Assembly (NCBI GenBank): GCA_963575745.1
Contig: CAUYUJ010000001.1
Coordinates: 2,046,001 to 2,110,000 of the forward strand
DNA length: 64,000 nt
Reading direction: 5' to 3'
Source of the DNA: Prorocentrum cordatum
Lineage: Eukaryota
This document shows, in pieces, positions 19,301-30,800 of this stretch (within the stretch, counting starts at the first letter, position 1; the number at the start of each line of letters is the position of its first letter). A program made the translations under genes and the position numbers. The notes beneath the pieces are model-generated. The model searched no databases and was not told the DNA's origin. It worked only from the letters and a program-made list of their open reading frames with translations.

Positions 19301-20261
19301 TTTTTATTATTAAAATTCTAGCCGCAAGAGTCACGGGCCACGAGGAAATGACCAGCGAGAGCACCGTTTTGAAGCAGAGCCGCGGTCCATCCGTGTAGCT
19401 CCTGCGCCACTTGCACCACCAGCACAGAATTCTGGAGGAAGTTGCAGTCGAGAGCCGCATTCATAAAACAACACAACAAAAACACACAAAAGGATCCGCA
19501 CTCCTTTCGCTGAAATGTTGCACGCATTGAAAATATTGGTTGTGTTCCTGATGAAGTTCCAAGCGCGAGCCAAAGTGTGCAAAGGAGCCGCCTCAACGCC
19601 GGGCATGGGTGGGGGGAACTTCCCAGGCAAACAGGCTAATGTGAGCGGAGACATGACGAGAGTCACATTATCACCCTCCCTTCATCCGTGTGGCTGCCGG
19701 AAGGTTTTCAGATGAGTGCGACCATCGCTAAGGGGAGACACACATGTTGGAAGTCATTCGCCCTCTTCTGCGTCTGGCTGTTCAAAGCCGTTCAGACGAA
19801 CGTGCGCGGAGAATTGCCCGCTCTTCATCCGCGTAGCTGCTGGTTTCGTTCAGACGAGTGTGCGCCGCGCCACGGCGAGATCCACATTTGAAGATTATTC
19901 GCGCCCCCTCAGCCGTGCAGCAGTTAGGGATGATAATTCTCGGGGGATCCCAGCTTCAGGACCATAAGTGGCGAGGGCGTGAAAAGCGAAACGGCCTTCC
20001 ACCGCGCCTGGTGGTGCGACGAGGAGGAACCACTTAGAAGGATGGGGATGGATGATCTTCCTGCGAGCAGTTCACAGAGAAAGCTGCCAGGATGGAGTTG
20101 CGTCAGGGAAGCCGGATGATCCACAAGCGCAGTTCGCATGCTCATTCGTCTACGCTGCTCCAGGATGCTGGCTGCTAGCCGTAAGGCGGCTCGGAAGATA
20201 TACATCGAAAGTGCCAGGAGGGCATTCGATGAGATTCGAGTGCAGATTGGAGGGGATGGAG

Positions 20262-20428
20262 AATGAGGAAGAGGAGGAGGAGAAGAATGAGGAGGAGGAG
20301 GAGGAGAAGGAGGAGGAGGAGGAGGAGGGGGAGGGGAAGGAGGAGGAGGATGATGAGGAGGAGGAGGAGCAGGAAGAGGAGGAGGAGGAGGAGGAGGAGG
20401 AGGAGGAGGAGGAGGAGGGGGAGGGGGT
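20262..20428 (+). repeat. (GGA)n microsatellite, representative of many tracts
   Basis: Similar tracts at ~23208-23293, 23930-24135, 28715-28912, 35780-36350, 38532-38802, 39524-40137, 44200-44250, 44625-44945, 57470-57757 and 62742-62830. Confidence 0.95.
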
Positions 20429-20954
20429 TGGCAGGACGGGGGCGGCGGGACGCGGGAGGCGCAGAGGGCGCAGGAGGAGGACGACGACCACGCGGAGGAA
20501 CGGACAAGCATCGACCGAGCGCAGGAGGAACACCATCGGGCATCGAGGGCGAGGAGTAGCGGGAGCGGGAGAGACTCGGGGCCCGGCGGCCACGGCGAGG
20601 GGGCAGTGGCCCGCGCGGCCCGCGGGCTCGGCGCCCCCCCCCCGCTCGCCTCGCTCTTGGCGCGCCCTGCGGCCCGGCTGCGCCCTGCGGCCCCGCTGCG
20701 AGCGGCGCGCGCCCGTCGCGGCGCAGCGGCCGCGGCCACGGCTTCTGCTCGCGGGGGTTGAGGAGAAGGTTCGGCTACGCGTAAGAGGGGGCCTTCGCCG
20801 GGAGGACCGCTGGTGCGGGCACACCGACAGGGGTCCCACCAGCACTGGCCGGCGCGCTTCGACTGCTCAGCTTTGGCCTCCCCTGCGGCCCCCCACAGCC
20901 ACGCAGCCAAGGTCACTCTTGCCTGGGGTCACCTCTCGCGTGCAGCCAACGAAG

Positions 20955-21322
20955 GGTACCCATACCGCTACCTTTCAGGGTCTATTTCGATCCGATCGCT
21001 TCGATTCGATGACGATTCCAGCCGGCCCGATCCGATCCGATTCTGCTAGTCCGGCGATCCGATGCAGCCCGACGCTTGCATGGCGCGTTTGTGCATTTTG
21101 GCGCAGCCGATCTGATCCGAATCCGATTCCTCGCCGGTGCAGCCCGATCCGATACACATTTCGATTCAATCCGGTTTACCGATTCGATGCGGACTGTTCC
21201 TGCCCCTGCGTCGTTTTCGCCTTTTTGGGCCTCGTGGCCGTAGTCGATACCGCTGGATTCGCCTTCAAATTCTGGTCAGAACGCACCCTGCGGGAGGTCT
21301 GGGGGGTAGCAGTATGGGTACC
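20955..21322. mobile_element. MITE-like element (family A) with GGTACCCATACC/TGCTACC terminal inverted repeats and internal CGATC/CGATT repeats
   Basis: Left GGTACCCATACCGCTACC and right GGTAGCAGTATGGGTACC are complementary at 17 of 18 positions. The right ~120 bp resembles 26580-26700. Confidence 0.65.
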
Positions 21323-21394
21323 TTTCTGTGTCGCTGAGATCCGCCCCTATCGCTTCTTCCACCAGCCGAGGGTCTTGCAGAGCGGGGCATTGAC

Positions 21395-21895
21395 ATTGCA
21401 CTTGTGTCGTACCGTTTTTTGCGCTGCGGTCGTAGTACGGCGCGCTGCTGCGCCCTGGTGGGTGTGGTATGCACCGTGCTTGCGTTGTTCCTACATTTGC
21501 CGCAGCTGTCTGTACGTGTTGTGTTTGTTGTGTTGCGCTGTCTTGCCTTTCTTTGCGCTGGTGTTACACTTGCTGCGTGCATTGTATTGCATTTGGATTC
21601 TCAAGACTTGCGCGTGTCGTTGCGTACCATTTCCTTATACTTGCGCGGCCGTTGCATTGCAATTCCTTCCCGGTGCTTTCGCATTGTATTACGATTGCGT
21701 CAACATCTTACCGCGTCATGCCGCATTTCGTGTATCGAAACAAGTTACATGATCATGGGTTGCATTACGTTTCGCTTGCATCACTCACCATTGCATTGCA
21801 TTGCGTTGCTTTGTCACTGCTGTCCAGTGTATTTTGCGCTGCGCTGCACTGCTTTTCATGGCATTGCTTGTGACTTGGTTTCGTTACGCCATAGT
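21395..21895. repeat. Degenerate TTGCA/TTGCG pentamer low-complexity tract
   Basis: Recurrent CATTG, CGTTG and TGTTG units. Confidence 0.6.
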
Positions 21896-24296
21896 TCGTT
21901 TGGGTGGGAGACAGTTCCCAGTTGTGGTCGCGGCGGACTAATTCCCCCGTGCTCGAGTGGCGCTCGCTTCGGGGGGCTGCTGCGTCTCGCGACCGTGATT
22001 GGCCTTTAACTTGAGTCTTCATTGCACAGTGGTGGCCCATGCCCAGAGACACCCTGCTTGCCTCCAGGGTGTTCTCGGTTTCTTGGGTTCCGATGGTTTT
22101 GCTATCAAGAGCGTGACGTGCCCACACCACAAATCAATTGACGTCCTGGGGTCTCAGGGTTGGGTTTCTTGTGAAAGGTTTCTTGTGGACTGGCCTCAAC
22201 TGTCAGCCGCAACAGGTGCGGGAGGATCGTTTCTGTATTGTTCCTGCTGCCAGACAGGATCTGGTATCACACTGCAGTGGATCGTCGTCGCGTGTGTCAT
22301 CACCTTCACGCTCTTAGATGTCACCCCGAAAGGACATGCATCGCTCTCCTATCCACGATGTTGGGGTGCGCCGTATTTGACACGCTCTTTGTGTATAGAG
22401 TAGTTTCTTGGACCCTCAGCCTGAGGTGCTTCACTTTCCGAGCCCGTGCAGAGAACGGGAGTTAAGGAGGACGAGGAGGTGGATGAGCAGTCAGAAGAGT
22501 GGCAAGCAAGAGAGCGTTGGGGGGGAGTCTCAGCAGCTGCTCAGAGCCAGAAGTATTTTTTTCAACGGGATCCCTGCGTCTGGACTCGCCGCCAGTGCGC
22601 GGCGCGCCCGCACCACCTGCACGCGAGGCTGCCGGGCGGCGGGGTGCCCGGAGATCATGGAACGAGGCTCAGATTCGGACGCTGCGCAGTGGGGGGGCAA
22701 CGAGTGGGGATGAAGAAAGGTGTTCCTTCTGTACACCTCAGTGGCCCTTGGGGGGCCAAGAGAGGCACGAGAGGTGCATGCTGCTTCGCCCCTCACGACT
22801 CGCCCCCCCCCTCCCCCCCCCCCACGGTAAGCCACGCCCAACAGATAAGACACGCAGAAGGAAAGCGTTCGACTGCGCGGACATTCGCGCGTAAGCTGCC
22901 CACGGGAGGCCCCGCATACGCTCCCTCGTTTCCCATGCAGCGTGCCGCGCCGGCGGCCCGCGGCAGCCGCGGCGTAAGGTCGCTGTGTCTTTGGCGCGTG
23001 AGGCCCCCTTCTTTTCGTCGCTCATGCTGCGCTTTGCCATCTTCGAGCGGGGAGGTGAGCGGGAAGACTTGCGGCACACGAACTCGCGCGGCGGGGGAGG
23101 TAGGAGGAGAAGGATGGTGAGGATGAGAAGAAGGAAGAAAGGGCCCAGCGGGAGTCGTTGGAAGGAGGAAAAAGGATGATGGTGATGATGATGATGATGA
23201 TGATGATGAGGAGGAGGAGGAGGAGGAGGAGGAGAAGGAAGAGGAGGAGGAGGAGGAGGAGGAGGAGGAGGAGGAGGAGGAGGAGGAGGAGGAGAGGCAC
23301 GCACAAGAAGTAAAGCGAAACGGTCCGAGAGAACGACGAGCGAAAGGTGACATCCGCGTGTGAACAATTCCATTTCTGTCAAGGCGACGAGAAGGACGAC
23401 GAGTGTAAACACAAGCGTGAGTGTGATAAGACAGAAGGACGAAGCGGAGGAGGACGATGATTATCCACATCGCGGAGGGACGTCAAGTGCAGTGGCTCCA
23501 GCTAGCCTGATGACGTGGAGATGGGGCGAAGTTGAGGAGGGATGGGCAGCAGGGGAGGATTAGCCCGGAGGATCGGGAAGCTGTGATCGCTCTGGGTCGA
23601 ACGGTTTGCGTGGTGTCAGAATCTATCGCAGACTCGCCAGGACTCGAATTTGCCGTACCCGTTCCTGACGAACCTGGAGCACGCAAGAGAACACAGGAAG
23701 GTTGTCGAGACCGACTCGCACGCCAGGATCCTTCTCCGAACAGTGCTTGCACCCAGGGGTTCTGGTGTCGGTTTCCTCAGAGACTTGGATGGGCACCCCT
23801 AGCTTTCGGCTTGTACCCGGCTGGCGGCTCGGGCGGCGACGCCTTGGCGCCCTGCCAGCGCCTGTGGCGCTTGGCGCGAGGGCCTCGGGGAGGGGGTGGG
23901 GCGAGGAGGGCGATGCAGGGTTCGGGGGGGAGGAGGAGGAGGAGGAGGAGGAGGAGGAGGGAGAGGAGGAGGAGGAGGGAGAGGAGGAGGAGGAGGAGGG
24001 GAGGAGGAGGAGGAGGAGGAGGAGGAGGAGGAGGAGGAGGAGGAGGAGGGAGGAGGAGGAGGAGGAGGTGGAGGAGGAGGAGGAGGAGGAGGTGGAGGAG
24101 GAGGAGGAGGACGAGGAGGAGGAGGAGGAGGAGGAGCTCCCGGTCGTGGGCGCCCGTTGGCGCCTCGTGGGCGCCCCGCGCTGGGCACCTCGAGGCTTCG
24201 GCCGGTGCCCAGCCGGTGTCCAGCCGTGGGCGCGTCGTGGGCGCCCCGCGCGGGGGGGGGGAGCTCGGCTGGTGCCCGGTGGGTGCCCGGCTGGTA

Positions 24297-24470
24297 CGGC
24301 AGGTTCGCGTGGTGTCGACTGGCGGCGGCGCCAGCACGCGTGTGTGTGAGGTCGAACGCCGCCCGTGGCCCAGCATCGGCCCGTCGTTGAACGATCCGGC
24401 GTGAATGGAAAGGTCGATTGCTCAAGTTTGAACGAGCCAACGCCGGGGTCGACACGACGCGAACCTGTCG
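24297..24470. mobile_element. MITE (family B) with ~23-bp TIRs, flanked by TA
   Basis: TA-CGGCAGGTTCGCGTGGTGTCGAC ... GTCGACACGACGCGAACCTGTCG-TA. TA flanks suggest a Tc1/mariner-type target duplication. Confidence 0.75.
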
Positions 24471-24917
24471 TACCTGGTTGCTGCCTGGTCGTCGGCGCCT
24501 CGTGGGTGCCACAAGGCCTGCACCACAGAGACATCTCCAGTTCAAGGAACAGATTTACCAACTTTCATCCCCCCCAGACTGAACGCCGCCCCTGGAGTAT
24601 GGCGTTTCCCATTGAATCTGCACGATCGTTCCTCCTGACTAGACAGAAATGCAATCCCAGTTCAACTGGTATCGGCACCCACCCTCATCCCTGTCAAATT
24701 GTTGTATGCGCACAGTCGCTTGTTTCAAAAAGTATACTGGCGCGCGCATGTCGATATCACACCAAAAAACACAGTAGTGATGCAAGCATTCCAGCATCAA
24801 AGCAGCAAAACGATGGCTCCCCATCGCAACTCTTGCAGGCTTGCTGCCCGCGCTCACCTGCTGAAATTATGCAGGACAGCCGAATGTGTTTAACAATCGT
24901 GTCCAGAGACCGCATTA

Positions 24918-25095
24918 CGGCAGGTTCGCGTCGTGTCGACCGGCGGCGACTCTAGCGCGAGCGTTTAAGGTCGAACGCCGCCAGTGGCCCAGAATTGGCC
25001 CATCCTTGAACGAACCAGTGTTAATGGAAGGTTCGATCGCTCAAGTTTGAAGTGTCAGGAAGCAACGCTGGAGTCGACACGACGCGAACTTGCCG
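24918..25095. mobile_element. MITE (family B), second copy
   Basis: CGGCAGGTTCGCGTCGTGTCGAC ... GTCGACACGACGCGAACTTGCCG. The interior is homologous to 24297-24470 (AGGTCGAACGCCGCC.GTGGCCCAG, GCTCAAGTTTGAA). Confidence 0.75.
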
Positions 25096-26561
25096 GCTCA
25101 TTTTACCACGTGCGGCGTGCGCGTTGACCTGGGATGCGCCCAATGTGCGAGCTCGTACTCGTACCACAGATTCCCATGCGGGCCACGCGCGCGCGCGCCG
25201 CCACGCGCGCGTGTCGACATCCTCTCAAAACACTTGGGGTTCCGAAGCGTTAGCGCACAGTGTTCTTCAGTAACATGTGGGGCGTTCCAAAAAGGGCCCT
25301 GCATGCGAGGATAGAAGGAGTTGACATCTCTTCCGCGGCGGAAGGGCGGCGGAAGGTCGGCGGAAGTAAAACGAGGCCGCCTCCGCGAGCGGAAGCCGGC
25401 GGAAGCTGTCGGAAGGGCGGCGGAAGATGGCGGAAGTGAAAAATGCGCCCCCAAGAGATGAAAACGTTTTTGGGTTCAGGGTTTCCGAAATCCGCCATAC
25501 GAAGCACCACGCGCCGTGCAACACAACCGTCTGCTAGAATTTGATTGGGTCTCTGCTCGCGCGCACTTGTTCGACATTGCCCTCATCGGCGGCATCGCAT
25601 CACCGCGGTGATCTTTGTTGCTGTCGCAGCCATGGTTGCCATCATCAGCCAAGTACAATCAACACCAGGTAATGGTCATCATCTTTGTCAACTTTGTCAC
25701 CAGCACCGGCGCCATCATTGGCCTTGCCGCCGGCATCGTCATCATCCATCGCTACTATCATGATTGCCGCAGTTTCAGTTATCATGATCTGGCGCCCGCC
25801 CGAGTCACGGACTCGCACTGAAGTTCCTGCGCGCCAGCGCAGCCTGTGAGACACGCAGCCAAGTTCCCATCGGTAAGCGCCATCGCGGCCGCGTCGGCTG
25901 TGCCCAACCAGCTGGGTGCTCTGCGCGCGAGCTTGAGCGCGCTAGCGAAGCCGCAGAGATGCGCCAGCCAGTGCCGAGTAGTCACTGCAATCGCGACCGC
26001 ATGGGTTGTGCAAAACAAGCTGCGGGTAGGAAGGTGCGATGTTTGCGTGAACAGTGAAGTTGACAACTCATGATTGTCTTGGTTAGTTATTTTTTTCGTC
26101 AGAAATGTATCGGAAGCTGGAGCATCTACTGCCAGTGGCGGGCTGTTTTTCAATCCCAGGACTTTTTGATGGTCGGGGACGACGTCGGGGTGGTGTGGTG
26201 TATACTTTTTTTTCCGTTTTCCTTGGGACAACGAACAATGTATACACCAGGGTCCCGTATACACCAGGATCCGCTCTCCTCGCTGCAGACTTCGGTACAG
26301 GGCCGGAAAACGCGTCGGCGTATAGAGTCCGTTTCCCTATCATGACCGTCTTGGTTCTTTGATTGTGAAAGAGAGATAAACTCCCCCCCCTCCCCGTCGG
26401 GGGTTCACGGACCCCCCACCCCCCCCGGGGGACCTGCAATTGAAAGGCTGCCGCCTCTGCCGCCGACCCCATTGGAATCGTACGGGCCTGTTTTTGTGCC
26501 CGCCTGCGCGACGAAATTGGAGGGCCCTAGTGGGGCCGCCAACAATTCAGAGGAGGAAAAT

Positions 26562-26700
26562 GTACCCATACCTCTACCCGTCGCCTGTTTTCCCCTTTGT
26601 GGGCCTCCTGGGATGCCCTTGTCGCCACCGCTGATTCGCCTTGAAATCCCGGTCAGAACGGACCCCAGGAGAGATCCGGGGGGGTAGCGGTATCGGTACC
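26562..26700. mobile_element. MITE-like element (family A), short copy
   Basis: GTACCCATACCTCTACCC ... GGGTAGCGGTATCGGTACC. The interior shares GATTCGCCTT.AAAT...GGTCAGAACG.ACCC with the copy at 20955. Confidence 0.6.
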
Positions 26701-27024
26701 GTGTGGCTTCCCCACGATCGCCTCGAAGTCGAGGGCTCGACGTCCCCCTTCTGGCCCCTCATGCCGTCTCTTGGAGTCGTCTTTGAAGCTGTTAGGGCCG
26801 TCTGCAAGGCCTCTTGGGCCATCAGAGGGGGCCCTTCCTGGGCCGTTTTGGATCCCTTGGAGGCCCCTTCGGCCACTTTGGGGCGATCTTGGGGGCCTCT
26901 GGTGCCGCTCTGCAGCGCTGGGAGATCGGCAAAGCCGGATCGGCAAAACCCAGACTGAAAACATGCAGGCAATTCGTCTGGCGAAGGACCCAACCATATG
27001 CAGTTGTGGGCCCCGCAGTTGTAG

Positions 27025-28005
27025 GTATCGCCTTCGGTGGAGGCTCCCTATGGGCCACGAAACGTTGTGCTGGGTGGGGAGAGGGGCGCACTGAGCCGTC
27101 GTTGGAGCTCCCTGTGGGCCACGAAAAGCTGTACTGGGTTGGGGCGCACTTTGCCACTGGGGCCTTCGGTGGAGCTCCCTATGGGGCAACGAAACGTTGT
27201 ACTGGTTGGGGGAGACGCGTGCGGACGGTTCTACTGGGGCCTTCGGTGGAGCTCCCTATGGGGCAACGGAATGTTGTACTGTGTGGGGGAAGCTACATGT
27301 GGACGTTACCACTGGGGCCTTCGGTGAAGCTCCCTATGGGTTCACGACGCGCTGCACTGGGTGGGGGAGACGCATGCGGACTGTTCCACTGGGGCCTTCG
27401 ATGGAGGTCCTTATGGGGCCACTAAGCGATGTACTGGGTTGGGAAGACGCATGCGGACAGTTGCACTGGGGCCTTCGGTGGAAGTCCTGGCAGGGCCACG
27501 AAACGATTTACTGGTGGGGGGAGACGCATGCGGAAAGTACCAGTGGGGCCTTCGGTGGAGCTCCCTATGGGGCCACGAAGCGTTGTAGTGGGTGGGGGGA
27601 CGCATGTGGACGTTACCACTGAGGCCTTCGGTGGAGCTCCTTATTGGGCCACGAAGCGTTGTACTGGGTGGGGGAAAACAATGCGGCCGATGCCACTGGC
27701 GCCGCCAGTGGAGGCCCCTATGGGCCACGAAGCGGCGTACTGGGTGGGGGGGATGCACGCGGGCAGTAGCACTGGGACCTTCGGTGGAGCTCCCCATGGG
27801 GCCACGAAGCGCTGTATTGTATGCGGGGACGCATGCGGGCGGTAGCACTGGTACCTTCGGTGGAGCTCCCTATGGGGACACGAAGCGCTGTACTGGGTCG
27901 GTGGGGGGAACGCATGCGGGCGATAGCACTCGGGCCGTCGGTGGAGCTCCCTATGGGGCCACGAGACGCTGGGTGGGTGGACGCGTGCGGACGGTGCCAC
28001 TGAGG
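27025..28005. repeat. ~77-bp tandem satellite, about 13 copies
   Basis: GGGGCCTTCGGTGGAGCTCCCTATGGGGCCACGAA.CG.TGTACTGGG recurs at ~27162, 27239, 27316, 27393, 27471, 27548, 27624 and onward. The whole unit is homologous between copies. Confidence 0.92.
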
Positions 28006-30604
28006 TCATCTTGGGCTCTCTGAGGCCCACTGGGAGCCATCTTAGGCCGTCATGGACGCTCCAACGCCTCGCGAACCCCCCCTCCAGGTCCACGGGAGGG
28101 GGGTATGGGGGAGGGGCTAACCCCTCTCAGAAGGGGAAGAATGGGGTTGGAGGAAAAAACGCCCTGGGTGGGTGCGATGTTTGCGCGAGCAGTGGAGTTG
28201 ACGATTTCAAGTTCTGCAAGGCGCACTGTACCACATAGCTGACACCACACAACTTCCACCACGTACCTTGCACCAAATACATGGGTTCCACCACATATCT
28301 CACACCACATGGTTTGCACACAGGTTGCACTACGCAAACTACACCACGTAGCTTGGAGCTTGCACCACATAGCACGCAACCCGTAGCTTACATCCACAGC
28401 GCAACACTTTACAGTTTGGAGCCCACGTTGGCAAACACATTCAAACCAGTTCTCAGCGACGGCAGTTGTCGTTCATAACATTAGCGATCACTGTGTCTGC
28501 GATGCCGATGCTGATAGTGGTAGCTGGTAATGAAGGGATCACGCCCGCTTCTGGTGCTCTTGTCCATTTGGGTCCAAGTCTTCGCCCACGGAGTGTATGA
28601 GGGGATAAGGGTTGCAGGAAAAATGAGGCAAGAGGAGGAAATTGAGCAAGACAGGGGTGAAGGAAGGGGCGACGGAGCAAGAGGAAAAGAAGGGGAAGGA
28701 GGAAACGGAGGAGAAGAGGAGGAGGAGGAGGGAAAGGGGGAGGAGAGGAAGTTGTGGAGGGAGAGGAGGAGGAGGAGGAGGAGGAGGAGGAGGAGGAGGA
28801 GGAGCAGGAGCAGAAGCAGGAGCAGGAGCAGGAGGAGCAGGAGGAGGAGCAGGCGAAGAAGATGGAGGAGGAGGAAGAGGAGGAGGAGGAGGAGCAGGAG
28901 GAGGAGGAGGAGATGCTCGCATCACCGCACGCGACACCTGACCAATATAAGTTCTATCCGCCGTCGCCGGCCCGTGGCCACGACGGCCTTGTGCAGCGTG
29001 CCTCCCAGGTTCCCCTGCGGCCAGAGCAAGGGGGGAAGGAGCACCAGCACCACCGTCGTCGGGCTGCGCCGTACCAGACCAGCGCACGGGGCCAGCGTCG
29101 TCGCTTCGCTTTGTGTTCCTGGCATTTCCAAGCCCGCGACCTCTGAGCGGCGCCAGCCGGCTCCCCATTGGGAGAGGCGCCTGTGTGCCAGCAAGTCCGA
29201 CCGCGCGGACAGCGGGTCGAAAACACAGTCTTGGAACTCAGGGGCATCTGGGGGTCGATTCCACAGACAGGCGTGCCGAGGGAAGGAGCACCAGCACCGC
29301 CGTCGTCGGGAAAGAGAGGCCGAGCGATGGAGGGCCGGCCGAGCCGACGGCGGCCCTCCCTGGCGCTTCTCGTCCGCCTGGGTCTCCTGGAGGCTCCTCG
29401 GCGCCACGGCTGCATCTTGGCATCGCTCGGACGTGTGCATGCTTTCTCGGCGAGGACCATCGAGGAGCATCCCGGGTCATCGACGCACGCAACCGAAGAG
29501 TGCACGGCGAACAGACGTCCGAACGATGGCGAGGTATCCGCCACGGAGACCGGTTCGGTATGGACCCTGGGATGGTTCCGGGGACTGGTTGCGAGCGGAC
29601 TTTGAAGGTCGGAGGCAGTGATAGAACCCCTACCCTGCCAAGTCGATTTGCGAATGGCCCATGTTAGGCTCTGGGGACATGAATCCGCTTCGCAAAACGG
29701 GTCGGCATGGACCCTGGGATGGGTCTGGGGGCCGCTTCTGAGCGGATTGTGAGTGTCGGAGGTGCAGACAAGACGCTGAAATACGGACCGCCTTGGGCTT
29801 AGGAGGGGCTTTGTTTGTCAGGCCGTTCCTCAGGTTTCCTGGGTTGGGCACCCTTCTCGTCGCCGAGGCTCGCCGTGGCAAGGAGAGCCCCTTCGTTCCT
29901 TGTGTGTTGTCCCCTGTGGTAGCACGACGGCTGTAGTGATAGCAACCCGGCCAAGTCGACTTGCGAATGGCCCACGTTGGGGTTCCCGAGAGAACATTGC
30001 GGCCGCGGCCTGCGGGGTTCTGCGCGCGCCGGGTAGGGTCCTGGGTTCGGGGGCCCCCCAAACGGGGTGGTGACCACACCGTCTGGTGAGTCGGTGGGGA
30101 TTCGGGGTCACCGCACGTGTTTGTGACTTGGGTCGTTCTCCGAGGACGTCTCGGGCGACTGGAGCCTCTGGGGTCCCAACACCGTGTGGTGACGGGCCGT
30201 GCGGTGAGGTCTTTGCGGACTTCGGGGTCACCGCCGGGTCTGTCACCACACGGTTCGGGGACTCCCAATGGATCGCGTCCGCAAAGCGGCGTTTTGCTCA
30301 AGGGGGTTCGGTCCACCCCCGAGGGTGCAGGCACGGGGAAGCGGAGGCGACGTCGCCGCGACGATAGGGGCGAACAGCCCGGGGGCGGGCATGGCACGTA
30401 CCCGCCCGGGGGCCTCGCCGAAGGCCTGGCCCTTCGGCGCCCCTGGAGACATGTGCTGCTCCCCCCTTGGCTGCTCGCCGGCATCGTCGCCCCCGAGCGG
30501 GGAGTGGGAGAGGGAGGGGGTGGGGAAGATGTGGCGGTCAGTGCGATGGCGTCGTTTCTCTTCGCCTCGCATCGCGGCAACTGCAGGATCAAGCTTGGAC
30601 GGGA

Positions 30605-30800
30605 GAGTACCAGGGAGCTGGATATAGCCAGCCTGCCTGGAACCAGGAAGTAGGAAGCAGGAAGTACCGAGAAGCCAGGAGCACCGGGAGAGTGCCAGGA
30701 ACCAGGAGTACCGGGAGAGTACCAGGAAGTACCAGTGCCACGAAGCCAGGAAGCAGAGAACCAGGAAGCTCGACACCGGGGAAGTCTCAGGAAGTTGGAT
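30605..30800. repeat. ACCAGGAAGT/ACCGGGAGAGT degenerate minisatellite
   Basis: Repeated CCAGGAA and CCGGGAG units at a 7-11 nt period. Confidence 0.7.

Noticed and set aside
19924..24561. Long ORFs (e.g. 20052-21752, 19924-20916, 23532-24404)
   Set aside because: They are open only because of GGA microsatellites and GC-rich or pentamer repeats. The translations are poly-E/R/G/P/S/L with no domain motifs.
27025..28005. CRISPR-like regular array
   Set aside because: The entire ~77-bp unit is homologous between copies, so there are no unique spacers. There are no cas genes and the context is eukaryotic. It is a satellite.
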